DNA of 63,689 bases, filler included, from Stramenopiles sp. TOSAG23-6 (Eukaryota): NCBI GenBank assembly GCA_900128565.1. It is 10 parts of 10 records of this genome, joined end to end, with 100 filler letters (N's around TTAATTAATTAA, not from the genome) between each part and the next. Parts side by side here need not be neighbours in the genome. Positions count along the whole stretch, not along the records: positions 51,070 to 57,330 come from LT636734.1; positions 57,431 to 63,689 come from LT636735.1; 8 more parts are not named here. One strand, 5' to 3'. Below are positions 51,072-63,689 of this stretch, in pieces; position 1 is the stretch's first letter, and every line of letters starts with the position of its first letter. The notes below the pieces were generated by a model. The model had not been told where the DNA came from and ran no database searches. It was given only the letters and a program-made list of their open reading frames with translations. A program made the position numbers and the translations under genes.

Positions 51072-54000
51072 TGGGCACGGTCTACATCAACTCGTTTTAA
51101 AGGCGAAAGAGGGTCCTCTCGTATTAATGGTTCTTACAGTATTAAACAATCCCAGTCTAAACGTCGAGAAGACTCCCGGGTAATTGGTAGCTCATCTTTC
51201 CCAGCCTCAAGTACAAGAAGTACACCACCTGAAAAAGTATACTCAGAGAGTCACTCACAAGGTAAAAAAAATGGGAAATTAAAATTGAATAGTAAAAAAT
51301 ATACTGATAATCGTAAAAGTGCTGCTGTCGAAAGTAGAATTCACCAAAAAGGACACGTCGATAATAACATACAAACTTATCATTCTTCACAAGGTTATTC
51401 ATCCGCTGCAAGAGCATGTATGTCAAATCATCGACCAGTATACCCCCCGCTTCCAGAAACTCCAGCAACCCCAAATTCGCCAAAAACACCTCATATTCCA
51501 CACAGTTGTCGCGACGACTTGGTCACTAAACTTTGTTTTGATGATGGCAACGACGGAGAAAAATATCCTAAAGATAATTCAACATCCGACACTGCTCCAA
51601 CACTTCGACGAACGGATTCTATACCACAAGGTGGGAATGATGATGGTCAAACTGTATATAGTGTTTCAAGCGTTGCTGATGATGCACCTCAAGGTCTCAC
51701 AACCCCTCTGGCAAAGGGAAATGGATATGACGCAAGAGAAGAATTGTTCCGGTCTTCCATCAAAAAAGCAATCAAAGCACAAACTGTTTTGAAACAACGA
51801 CTTTGTACGTTAGAAGAGCAGCGAAAATCTGATATTCGAAGAGGTGAAGATAAAGTAAACGAAATCACAGAAAAACTTCGTCTTGCTTTAAATAACTGTG
51901 AAAATGCTGAGACTGGTTGGACTTTGGAGTTATCACAAAAGACTGCAGCTCTTGAGAAAGCCAACCAATTAAAAAAATAAAGCTTGCTGATATGGAATTT
52001 AGCGCAAAGTCTGAAAAATATAATGAACTCCGTAAAGTTTCGGCGAAGCAAAGAAAAGAGCTTATACGCATTGACGACGAAAATTTTAATTTATTTCAGA
52101 AAGTAAAATCTCTCGCAGGAAAACTTCGGGCAAGTCAAAAAGCTGCTGAAAAGTCCTGTATTGACGCAAATGAAAGCGCACTTGCCGCCGAAGAAGCAGC
52201 TATTAGTGCTCAAGCAATGGCCGATGCATTAGATATTGAGCGATTTCGTGTTTTACAACTTGAGGAAAATACACAAGTTTTGCTTCAAAGACTTCATCAA
52301 GCTGAAATGGAAGCCGAGACGTATAGTCAGTGTACTGCTTCAACTACAGAATTGAAGGAAAAACTTGATAATGTGAATGAAACTGCTCGGAATGCAATAC
52401 TGCAGTTAGAATTAGAAAAAGGTTCACGAAATGAAGAAATTAATAGACTGAAAAGTAGCCACGCTTACGCACTGCAAATGTGCCATGATATTGCGGAAGC
52501 AGAAATGATTAAAAGTGCTGCCGACGCGGAGCGTAACCAAAACCATGCAATTGAGAAACTGTGTTCAGAGTATGAATTTAAAATACAAGCTTTACTTTTA
52601 CAGGCTGATAATGATTGTATATCGGCTGTGGAAGCTTCAATTGGTGCATCAGAGGCTGAAAATGGGAAATTAAAAAAAGAAAACACGGTATTAAAAGCAT
52701 TGAATAAAAAATGTGAAAGTGAAATCAAAGAATTAATACACATCAAGAAAAAAACAAACGCGGATGTGAATTTATTAGATGCAAAATCGGCCAATATACG
52801 ACATCGTTTACAGCACGAAACTGTTCTAGCAGAAGTTAAGCAATTCGGGAGATTTAGAGCGATGAATAAGAGCAAAACTACAAAAGTGGTTTCTCAGATG
52901 ACAACAGAAATGAATAGAAGAATGGATAGGGTAATTGAAGACTGTGTAAAAGAAACTAGAATTAAAGAGGAGAAAAAATTTACAAATGTTAAAGAGAAAC
53001 TTTTCGCAAAATATCAAAATGAAATTGAACAGTATAAAAAAAGCGCTCAACTTGAAATATCGCGTTTAACATTGATGCTAGAGAATCAATCGAAATCGAT
53101 CGAAATATCGGAGGCAGAACAAATGCTACAAAGAGAAGAGCACGAAATGCAACTTCTTGCAATGGATGACTATCATACGCATGAAATGAATCAAAGAATT
53201 ATCGATACTGAAAAACACACCCGGTGTACAATTGCTAGTGAATTTTCTGCACTAAATCAAAGTGAAATACTTAATCTTCGTTCTCAGATCAAGCAATGTA
53301 CAGCTTCATTGGAATCTTTGGAAGCGAGCAACAAAAACATGAAACATGAATTAAATGCTGCAAAAATAAAAGTTCGTGACATGACAAAAGAAAACTTGGA
53401 GAATATTAAAAATCTCAAACAATTTCACGCTCATGAAATAGAAGCTCTACACGATGATCTCGTAACAAATGGTAACTTGAAGAATGCTCACGAATTACAG
53501 GGAAGGGTATCTCCGCTGAAAACATTGTCTGAAGAATCTCAGCGTCGATCATCTGTTTCAGGTTTTTCAGAAACAAATCGCCGATCATCTGTTTCAGGTT
53601 TTGCGAGAACCACAAAAGCATCGGCAGCTAAAGCATCAGCATTTAATGCACATGCAAAGAAACGTAAATTTAATTCTTCAGCTAAGCGCGTCGTCAAGGA
53701 TGATTTAAAGCTAACAAAAGGAAAAGAAAAACACGAAAGTGTATCCAATGACCGTCTGGCGACCGCGCAGATTAAAGCACAGTTACGAAATGAGGTGAGA
53801 CGAAGAAAAACTGCCGAAGCTAAAAGTGCAGAGCTCAAACGGCAGTTAGAAGAAGCTACCCAAAAGAAAAAACATGAATCAAGTAACAGTCATAAAACAT
53901 TCCAAAGTCAGCGACAAAATATTCAAAGAAATACAAGATTGAAACTTTCAAGAAAAGAATGTGAGCTAAAGAAATCTCTAGGAAGACGTAAAGAATTGGA

Positions 54001-54292
54001 AGCACGAGTAAACCGTATGAATTCAACTAGCTGTGGTAGAGTAATTCATAATGAAGGAGGTATTCCAAAAAAAACAAAGACAACTAAAAGTCGAATTATA
54101 CCAAAATCTTCTACAATAAAATCGAAAAGAATTTTCAGCAGCGGAATCCCTACAAGTAGAAAAGTTCTTAGTTCTGTTCCTATACAGAAAGAGAAGAATT
54201 TTTCGAGAAGTAATCCCCGAAATGCAAGTGCTTTAGGAATATCTCGTCGAATGACATTGCAGAAAAAGAAAAGGGCCAACAAGGAAAATTAA
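51072..54292 (+). CDS. Large coiled-coil protein with one frame break at about 51975; 5' end truncated
   Basis: One frame is open 51072-51980, and coding continues in another frame from 51980 to 54292. Confidence 0.55.
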
Positions 54293-54441
54293 TTTGTGGA
54301 TCATTTAAAAGATTCTAGAAAGTCGTCTATTTATAATGTTGTGATGTTATTTGTCCCAATGTAATGCAATACACTCAAAAACATTCAAATATTTTTTTAA
54401 AACTTCATCAATGTATTGTTTCTTTATTCTAGTCTATATTT

Positions 54442-56610
54442 CTATCTTTTGTGAGTTTCTATATATTTTTCATACTTTAAACGCCACTTTTCTGCCACCG
54501 ATGTTGCTGCCTCTACAGATTTTGCAAACTCAATTTGATCTTTTTCTCGCTCTCGCTTGCTCATTTTTAAGCATAATGTAGAAGTACGAAGTTCTTCTGT
54601 TACGGCATCTAATTTTCTCTTTGCTAGCTTCAGTTTACTCATATTATTATCATCTGCCAACTTAGAAAGTGCCTGTGTTTTCTTCAAATCACGTTTTAGA
54701 AACTCAAGCTCTTTTTGAAGAGTGTTCACTTTATCATTGGCAATTTTCTCATTATGAGAAATGGAAGCACTAATTATAGATTTATCAGACTCTGACTTCT
54801 GTATTTGATTATCTCGTTCTTTCTGGGCTTTGTTTTCATTTGCTTTTATTAATTCCGTAAGCCTTTTCACTTCTGCCTTCAACAGTGATGCAACAGATCC
54901 TAATCTATCAATTTCACTTTGCATTTCCCGTCGTGCTGAGTCCTTTGCAAGTGAAGCAGAAGATTTTAATCTATCTACTTCTGCTTGCATCATTGAAAGC
55001 TGCACTGTAAAACTTGCTTCTCTTTCTCTATGACGAGATGCTTCGCTAACCTTTAATTGACTCACTTGATTCTTTAGTTGACTAATTTGCGCACTCAGCT
55101 GACTTCTTTGCATTTCATATGTAGATTTATTTTTATCTACTATCTTTTGTTGATCTGCTTTTATCTCACCTTTGATAATTTTCATATTACTTTGATACTC
55201 TTTCTCAACTTGTTTTATTGTATCTTCTCTCTTTCTCTCGGCAGTTTGGAGCTCTGACTTATAGAGATCTAATTGTGATTGTAAAGTACTCAACTTTGAT
55301 GAATAAGTTAAGCTGGTCTTTGAAGACTCCTCCTGAAACTCACGCATTATTCTCTGCATTGATTTGACCTCTAATACTTTTTTATTTACCTGATGCTGAA
55401 GAGAAAGTTTCGTACTTTCAGCCGATTCTAATCGACTTACTAAGGAATTTTCATTTGCTTGTATGGCATCTATTTCACAAGTTCTTTCAGTAGCTAAGCG
55501 ATTAGAATGCTCCTGCAGTGATTCTCTTTTTGAATGCGTTTGTATCTCCAAAGATTCAACTTTCTTACGCAGGTTTTCTATGACACTTTCGCAATGAGCT
55601 AATTCAATCTTCGAATGTGAATTGTCTTTTACTTCTTTAATGTCCGTCAATTTATCCTTATCAAATTTATCTTTACTCTCTGGGTCAGACGTACAAATCG
55701 GGTTTATAAGTTTTGTTTGAGTTTTCAGTAATATTTTTTTGTAATACTCTAGTGCTGTAATTTTGTCGGCAGAACTATCATTCTTATATTTTGTTGCTAT
55801 AGATAATGTCAATTGCAAAAGATTAATATTTTCCTTGTATTCATCTATTTGTAACTCAAGTGATTTGATTTGATTTTGAAGTTCTGTGGCTAATTTTGAA
55901 GCATGGAACAAACCTTTCTTTGTCTCTATAGAACTATTTACAAGTTGAAGTAAAGCATTGAGTAGACCTGTCGCCTTATTTGGTGGAAGTAGCTGGTTGT
56001 TTTTCAAATTATTTGTTTTACTCGTTTGAGTTGATACACTTTCATCTATACCTGGAACATTTGGGGGAAATATTTTACTATCCCTAATAGAAGCTGAAGT
56101 TGCAATTTTGAAAAGTTCACAGAGACTACTATTGAGCAAGTCTCCAAGCCGTTTCTCACCTATAGAATTCATTGTTGTAGATGATGTGTATATGTATCTG
56201 CTTAATATTTTATCAATGTAATTTACTCTACTTTGAATAGTTTCTACTTTGGACTGAGGAATAAACGTTTCAAAAGCATCTTTTGACATTTGTTGCTGAT
56301 GAAACAATACTAAACGAATGGCATCTTTTAACAAATCCATGCTGTTCTCATTTTCTCTATTAGTGTTATCACTTTTAGTTTTATTATGTCCTCCGCGTAA
56401 TGAGCGTATCACCGCAGCAGTATTTGTTGGCGTGCGGTGAAACGTGGTCTTTTTATTTTTTTTAACTCTATTAAATGCTGTTTGTGGCCTCCTTTTTCCT
56501 AATTTTACCAAAGATTGGGTTGAAATTTTTCCTCTAACCATCATGTTCAAGCTTTCGGAGTCACTAGTACTCTTTTTGGTATTAGCATCTCGCTTTGCAT
56601 TGAGCATCAC
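54442..56610 (-). CDS. Coiled-coil protein
   Basis: 722-aa intronless heptad-rich ORF. Confidence 0.65.
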   Translation of the reverse strand: MMLNAKRDANTKKSTSDSESLNMMVRGKISTQSLVKLGKRRPQTAFNRVKKNKKTTFHRTPTNTAAVIRSLRGGHNKTKSDNTNRENENSMDLLKDAIRLVLFHQQQMSKDAFETFIPQSKVETIQSRVNYIDKILSRYIYTSSTTMNSIGEKRLGDLLNSSLCELFKIATSASIRDSKIFPPNVPGIDESVSTQTSKTNNLKNNQLLPPNKATGLLNALLQLVNSSIETKKGLFHASKLATELQNQIKSLELQIDEYKENINLLQLTLSIATKYKNDSSADKITALEYYKKILLKTQTKLINPICTSDPESKDKFDKDKLTDIKEVKDNSHSKIELAHCESVIENLRKKVESLEIQTHSKRESLQEHSNRLATERTCEIDAIQANENSLVSRLESAESTKLSLQHQVNKKVLEVKSMQRIMREFQEESSKTSLTYSSKLSTLQSQLDLYKSELQTAERKREDTIKQVEKEYQSNMKIIKGEIKADQQKIVDKNKSTYEMQRSQLSAQISQLKNQVSQLKVSEASRHREREASFTVQLSMMQAEVDRLKSSASLAKDSARREMQSEIDRLGSVASLLKAEVKRLTELIKANENKAQKERDNQIQKSESDKSIISASISHNEKIANDKVNTLQKELEFLKRDLKKTQALSKLADDNNMSKLKLAKRKLDAVTEELRTSTLCLKMSKREREKDQIEFAKSVEAATSVAEKWRLKYEKYIETHKR

Positions 56611-56842
56611 AAGTAGTGATAACGAAATACAACGATATGCAAAGACTTGTCAAAAAAGTATTCGATAGTAGCGACAGTTTGATGAAGTGAAGAGAGCGGT
56701 TAGACTATATTTTTTAACGGTCGTCGTTAGAGAGACCTCCTTAACTACAACTACTACAGGACGTACTTGTATTACGTAGTGTAGCTCGAACTAGTAGTAT
56801 TACATAAGCCAGTAAAACAATATTTGACGTTATAATATTGGA

Positions 56843-57330
56843 ATGGGTATTATTAAATCCAAGTTGTGTTCACCTTTCGGAAAGAAATCTCGATTTTCTG
56901 TGCTTGTAATTGGGCTTGACAATGGAGGTAAAACTACGGTTTTAAGTCATATTCTACCACCTAGACGATATTTCCTTAACTCACACTTTTGTTGTTATTC
57001 CTTTTGGCAGGCACCAAAAAGAAGAGACTCCAACTATGAAGATATCATTTTTCCTACTTGTGGTCTTGAAAGTCATGAGTGTAGAATTGGAAAGGCTTTT
57101 TGGGTTGTAAATGACATGTCAGGACAAGGGCGATATAGATCAGTTTGGAAGGAATATTATGGTAGTAACGGAATAGTATTTGTTGTTGACGCATCAAATA
57201 TTTTACGTTTAGGAAAAGTAAAAGAAGAGTTTTCAAATTTTATAAACCATAAAAGTATACAACTTAATAAACCACCGGTACTAATATTAGTAAATAAAAT
57301 GGATCATGCAACGGATAGTGGAAATAAGCC
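56843..57330 (+). CDS. ARL6: Arf-like GTPase, ARL6/BBS3-like, 3' end truncated
   Basis: GLDNGGKTT, DMSGQGRYRSVWKEYY, FVVDAS, ILVNKMD. Confidence 0.7.
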
Positions 57331-57485
57331 NNNNNNNNNNNNNNNNNNNNNNNNNNNNNNNNNNNNNNNNNNNNTTAATTAATTAANNNNNNNNNNNNNN
57401 NNNNNNNNNNNNNNNNNNNNNNNNNNNNNNAATAAGTTTGAGAGTCTTTTGTTGGATAATATTGGTCCATCACTGATTGAAATTT

Positions 57486-59783
57486 TATCATCACCAACAA
57501 ACCTGTTCCTTTTTGATATTGCTTCAAGACAATTACAATGTAGAAAGAAAGACGATAATCCTGATAAAACATGTGATTACGTTTCTGGTATTTCGTGTTT
57601 GTTACTTGGATGTTGTTTATGTACGTTGCCATGATATAATTTTTTTATCTACATTTTTTGTATTACGAAAATTTCATACCTAACAATTTTTGTACCAATA
57701 TTTTTAATTCTTTCACAATACAGTAGCTGTGTCTTCCGATGATTCCATTAAAAATAAAAATGTAAACAAAGAGTATACAATTAATTCAAAAGAAGTCTTA
57801 AGTTTAATTACTCAGCGAATTGGTCTTGGTCCTTTTCAAAACGCTATTGATTCTCTGGAGAATACAGTTATGTTCCAATCAGCGATTCGTACAGATACAT
57901 GTACGTTTTCACTTCAATTTTTTGTGTAATTTTTTTTTATAGTAAATTTTGTACCTAACAAATTTTAGGGTTTTTTTTGAAATATTTTTTCATCATCCAT
58001 TCACTCAAGGGAGTTCTGAGGAGGAAATTGCAAATTCAACTCCATCATTTTTTGATCGTACTTTTGTATCTTTTTATAGAAAAACAACTCCAGCGATCAA
58101 AAAAGCAATTTATTCAATTTATATGGGGACGGAAGATGTAAAGGCAGATCTGCCAAATGAACCAGGAGAATTAAAAAAAATGGTGATACAATTAAAAAAT
58201 TTAATTAATATACAGTCTAAAAAATTATCAGATCATAGAGACCATCATTCAACTATGAATGAGAAAACATCAAATAATTCAAATAATACAAAGAACCCAA
58301 ATAATACAAATAATAATTGTATAGATCCAACAGTAGATCATTTATCTTTTGAAGAAACAAAAATGATAATGGAAGCTTCGGCGGCAACGAAAACTGAAGA
58401 AATTGAGAAATTAAAATATGAATTGGATGAATCATATCTTGATATTGAAGTTCTCTCCAATGCATTTAATGTACGTTTTGAAAATAACCCTAACCCTAAT
58501 GTACATTTTTTTTTTCGTACCAAAATTTGTACCTAACAAAAAATAATTGGATTTTCTTTTTTCACAATACATGAACTTGAATCTCAATTTTTTGAACTTC
58601 AGGAATCGAATGAAACAATACAATCTAAGATGACAGTAAACGGTACAAATAATTCAAATATCCCGTATACTTTAAAAGATAATAAGCTAAGTATTATCAT
58701 TGCCCCTTTTGAAAGAAAAATCAAAACGCAAAAAAGTGAAATTGATCGACTTTTAAGTTTGGTGCAGAAACAGAATGATAAAATTATAACATTAGAAAAG
58801 ACAGTAAATGAAACACATGCATCAAATGCTATAAAAGTAAAGTATGAGAGTAATGTAAATAGTTCGGATGTATGTCAAAGTCTCGACGACCAAAACCAAT
58901 CTGTGTACGTTTTCAAAATTGAATTTTTTACCTAATTTTTTTTTCATACGCAATTTTGTACCTAACGACGTTTTTTTACTAAAAAAAATCACAATACATT
59001 GCTACTCTGACACATAATAATAGTAAAAATAGTTGTAATAGTAATAGTAGCACTAATTCACTCATTGAAGAAAGTTTATTAAATCTTCAAACTGAACAAA
59101 ATGATCTTCTTCTTATCCTCACTAACCAAAGTGGTGAAACTGACACATGTCAGCAAATTCAAAATTCATTAGATACAAAATTTGACACAGAAAATAAAAA
59201 TGTACCTTTGAATTTGCCGTCTTCGGAGGACGTTTTGATGCCAAAGAATTCTACAGATAGTCAAAAAAATGACTCGAAACAATCTACTACCATGCAAGGA
59301 ATTCATAAATTTGCAAATTCATTTGCCAATGCATTATTTAGCGCAGTTCACACGCCACCTTCAAGTCCTAAAAGTAATCTTAAAACAACAGAAAGTCCCA
59401 AAAGTAATCTTAAAACAACAGAATTTCAAGATAATGTCACTCATCAAGATGGTATTTTTGAATCTACTGATGCTTATGAGTCCAATAAAATTCCTGCCTT
59501 TCCTCAAACTAATTCTGTCTCTGAGCTGCCTACACCGTTTTCGGGCAATACAACCACAAGTATAACAAGTATTTCTGACACGTATGATAGCAATGTTGTT
59601 GGATTATTTGGTGGAAATAATCCTAATAATCCTGTTTCAGACAATTTTGCTTCTACTACATTATCTCATGATAATAATGTTGTTGGATTATTTGGTGGAA
59701 ATAATCCTAATAATCCTGTTTCAGAAAAATCAATAACACAAAAGGCACCTTGTAATAAAACTGCAAGTTCTTTATTTGCATAA
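57486..59783 (+). CDS. Multi-exon coiled-coil/low-complexity protein, 5' end truncated
   Basis: Exons join in frame over family introns starting at 57621 (ends AG), 57901, 58471 and 58905 (all end AT). Confidence 0.55.
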
Positions 59784-59874
59784 TTAAAAGAAATAAACTA
59801 ACTGAATGAAAATTTTCTATTCTTCTTTTTTCCAAACAAAAAGTGAAGCTTTTCTCGACTTTTCCAATTTTTGT

Positions 59875-62800
59875 TTATTCTGATTCAGGACATATTCCCG
59901 TGCTTGTCTAGAAGGCCCATCAATAGCCGGAAGAGAAGAAATACTTCTCATAGGCGCTTCTAACAATTTTGAGGCTCGGTTCATGTATTGTGAAAAAAAA
60001 ATTATAAAAATTTTGTTAGGTACACAATTTCGTACGAAATGTTTTTTCGAAATTCAAAAAATAGAAAAAAGTAAAACATACACTCTCACTTCAATTCCAT
60101 GTAATTTCTGCTTTGCTAACATTTTAGTTGGGCTAATTGAATGCCTCCCGTTCTTTTGATTTTTGTTGGTACACATTGTAATGACAGTCTGGTTCACATT
60201 TTTTGGAGAACTAGAAGTAGTAGTACTGATGCTTTGAAAAGTATTCAAAGGGTTTGGGCTACTTCGAACGAAATCTGGCATAAGCGCAATATTCTCATGA
60301 GCATCGCTAAGTCTCTGCCTAAGATCCAATAATTTTTCTTCATTTTGTTTTTCTATCTGAGTAATATAAAGGTTAGTGTTCTCCAGCTTTATATTAAGTT
60401 GGATAATAGCAGTCTTGAAACTTTCACATTGTAGGGATTTTGATTTCAATTTATCTCCTAAAATTTTTCTTTGGGATTTTTCATTTTCGAGATTTCTTCG
60501 TAATTCTCCAACTTCTGCTTCAACACCAACAGCTGAATTTACCTTTTTCATTTTTAGATTTAAAATAAACTCCAACTGTCCTCCAACGTTAACCAGATAC
60601 TCTATTATAGAATACTCTATACTATTTGCTTCTACGTTTGATTTCTGTTTGACTGCCTGATCTTTCCATATGGCGATGCCTTTGCACATAGATGCACCCA
60701 CTCCAAGGTCAGCACTTTCAAGCATTACATATTTTGTTACTTCGATAGATCTTGTCATTAGTATTTGAATAACGTCTTGGAGAGATGTGATTGAAGAATT
60801 GCTAAATTTATCGGAGTTTGTTTGAATGTCATTAGCAGACGAACTTACTATTGTTTCAACGTGTAATTCACCTTTCTCCATAGAATTTTCGTTTTTTATT
60901 GCTCTATTGATATTTTTTCGAATGTCATCAATATTACCCCCATTGGCAACAGCTACCTCTTGAACAAAAGTCTCGCATTCTATTTTGATAGTGTCATTCT
61001 CAATTTGTATTTTATTCAATAAAGATTCCAAATTAGCAATGATTTCCTCTTCTTTATCATAATTAACTTCAACTTGAGTTATTGGTGATATATTGGAGTT
61101 GAGTAATTCTTTTATTTCCTCTGTGTCTACACTATTAGAAAGGTCAAGAAGCATCGGGAGGGTCTCACGGAGTCGTGTGATCTCCAGGTTTGCAGCATTC
61201 ATTAAAGTACTAGAAGGTATTTCTTTGTCCATATCTTCTAAAGATTGTCCTGTATTTACCATGGATTGTTGTAGTTCGTGTATGTTTGTTACTAATGGTT
61301 CGAAAGCTGTACTGCATCTATGATATTCTGAAATTTCAATCAGTGATGGACCAATATTATCCAACAAAAGACTCTCAAACTTATTCCAGACATTCAATGC
61401 TTCTTCAACATCCCCTGCAGCATGTAATGCTTTTTCTTTGGTGCTTGGTAACAGCTCCTGAAGACGACGCGTTGTTGCATGCTTCCATTCAATATTTTCA
61501 GTTTGGCTTCTATTCAATGATTCCAGAATATCCAACACTATCTTTGCAACGGCTAGTGTTGCCGCTTTTCTCTTCGCCGCTTCTGCATTAGCTTTTAAAT
61601 TTGCATCTATTTGTTTGACCAATGCTGCATTCTCCACTTCTTTAGCTTTCATGCTATTTTTGTATTCTTCTTCTTTAACTAATAAAGCTTCATGCTGAGC
61701 TTCCATTTTTGCTTCCATTGCTGATAATTCAGCTTCCATCGCTTTTCTTGCTTCTCTACTACTTTCAGCAGCTTTAGCTTTCGTATGCTCAAGTTCTACT
61801 TGTATTTCTTTTAAAGATTTCTCAAGATTTTCACATTGTTTTGTATATTCAGCCAAATTAGTATTTGATACTTCCAGTGCCGCTGTAGTTTCTGAAAGGC
61901 GCTGTGCCACTTTCTTTCCTTCTGCAATCATTTCATTTTTTATAGCTATTTCAGCCAGAGCATTGTCACGTTGACTTTGTGTAGATTCCAGTTCCATGTT
62001 AAGTACATCTAATTCTTCCTTGGTGCAACCTTCACTTAGTGCTATTTCCAGAGCATCCCTTTCCCCTTTAAGCGTGTCAATTTGTTCAGTCCAAGTTGGT
62101 TGACCGGGAGGTGGCTCCCACTGTGCTAACTCCTCAATACGTGCTCTTGCTTGTTCAGCTTCTGTAGTCATAAATTCAATTGTAGACTCCTGAGTCGTTA
62201 TTTTTGCTTGTGCAGCAAGGAGTTGACCCTGTACTTCGGCAAGAGCTTCCGCGGCAGCTGCAGAAGATGCTTCAAGTTCCTCTGCTGCTTTTGTTTTCAA
62301 TTCCTCGATTTCATTTGTATGTATTTTGGAAAAATATTTCAAAAAAATCATTAGGTACAAAATTTCGTACGAAAAAACAACCGAATTTGAAAAAAAATAA
62401 AACATACATGCTCTCGGTTTCGAGCTATTGATTGTTCTCGCTCTACATCAAGTGTATCATTAAGTTGTTTTTCTTGCTTTTCTAATTTTATTATTTGAGT
62501 CTCAAGGCTACCAGTACGATTCATCAGCATCATTAATTCTTGATCTTTACCGATAAGCTCTTTTTTTAACTTTTCCAATTCTTCTGGGTCGTAATTTGTC
62601 ATTTTGGGTCTAGTATTTTGTTCTGCTTTTCTCATTTTTTCTCGTGCAGCAGATTCGCCTGCTACTGATAATCTAAGGGCCTTACTAATCTCTTTTAATG
62701 TCGTTTCAAACTCTATTTTTTCTTGTTTTCTTTTTCTATCGATACCTTGCATTTTGGCACCCATTTGGTTCAAGTGTAACTCCAAAAGCTCAAGTTTTTT

Positions 62801-63535
62801 ATTCAAACTTTCATTTACTTTTCTAGCTTGTTCGTCCAACTGAACTAAAGCCTGTGATGAGTTTATCGAACCATTTGCTGCTTGGGCTTGTAGATAAGTT
62901 ACATGTTTTTTATATTTACGTATTGTTGATTTGGCTTCAATCTCTAATGCATTTTTTCTATCTTTCATATTGGATAATACTTTAGCAATTGTTGTTTGCG
63001 CTTCAGCCAAAAAAATAGTATCTTGGTCAATTTCTTCATCTATAGATTCTAAGGTATGTGCAACCTCATTGATATACACAGCTGTGCCAGTATCTTCACA
63101 ATCATCCAGCCATTCTTTTAGCGAACTAATCAACGTTTCTTTTTCAACCGCATTCTTTTGAAATTCACCTAAAAATGTTGACACTTGACATTTCACTTTA
63201 TCTATAACAGTGGCAACGTCTCTACAATAACCATCTTTGTCACATTCTGCCATCAATTTTTCGTCTGCTTTCTCACTTTGTGCTTGGTATGAACTGATTA
63301 GTGTCTTGACACGAGTCTGGGCTTCCAAAAATTGTTCTTGGAGAGTGGCCCACTGTTGTTTATGGTCTTCAGGGATTGTATCTTTAAATGGAGTAGATAG
63401 TGACGTTTTTTTAGTTTTAATCGAGCTGAAGCTTTTTTTCCTCTTAAAATGAAGTGCCTTCTGTACAACATTAGACATTCCCGCATGTTGCAAGCCATTT
63501 TGCTGTTTGATCATCCTAGCTTTCATGACACACAA
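59875..63535 (-). CDS. Large coiled-coil protein, 3 exons
   Basis: ORFs 62351-63535 and 60054-62405 plus a final exon join in frame over GT...AT family introns near 62319-62407 and 59983-60081. Confidence 0.65.
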
Positions 63536-63689
63536 GGCATGTGATGGTTTTTATGAATCTTTATTTTGTTCTCGTGTCAAGTAGTAAGTAACTGTTACAA
63601 AAAGAATGACCTGAAACGGGCGATCAAAAAACATGAAAAAAAACAAAAAATATAAAATAATATTTATTTGAATCTATTGCTAGATTTCA

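Overview
AT-rich eukaryotic (protist) DNA. The window is not one locus: it is ten ~6.3-kb contigs joined by 100-nt artificial spacers (N-run, TTAATTAATTAA, N-run). Inverted chimeras suggest a whole-genome-amplified single-cell assembly. Recognisable genes: RPS18, ZPR1, an ARP4 C-terminal part, a TauE/SafE exporter, WDR4/TRM82, SmG, Rab4, ARL6-like, a MET17-like sulfhydrylase, a CDKAL1-like TRAM domain, SEL1, LisH/CTLH, DUF4470, an LRR membrane protein, a DegT aminotransferase, a bacterial-style kinase/M23/class-III aminotransferase fusion, and several coiled-coil proteins. The main signal is a family of about 50 closely related ~95-135 nt introns. They start GT(A/T)YGTTTT, carry a palindromic box ending in a branch-like motif (TTTCGTACGAAATTTYGTACCTAAC), and end GAAATATTTTTCMMAATAC-NN. 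Frame restoration in conserved proteins indicates that the terminal NN is usually AT rather than AG (hand count: about 40 AT, 7 AG, single TT, AC, TG and possibly GG). NN often duplicates the last two exon bases, and the ends GTAY...RTAC form a short inverted repeat. This fits an introner-type (transposon-derived) intron invasion in a host with largely AG-independent 3' splice sites. An unrelated RPS18 intron also appears to end in AT. Telomere-type TTAGGG/CCCTAA tracts are repeatedly embedded in exons as NPNPN. All splice calls are inferred from DNA only; no RNA evidence is available.
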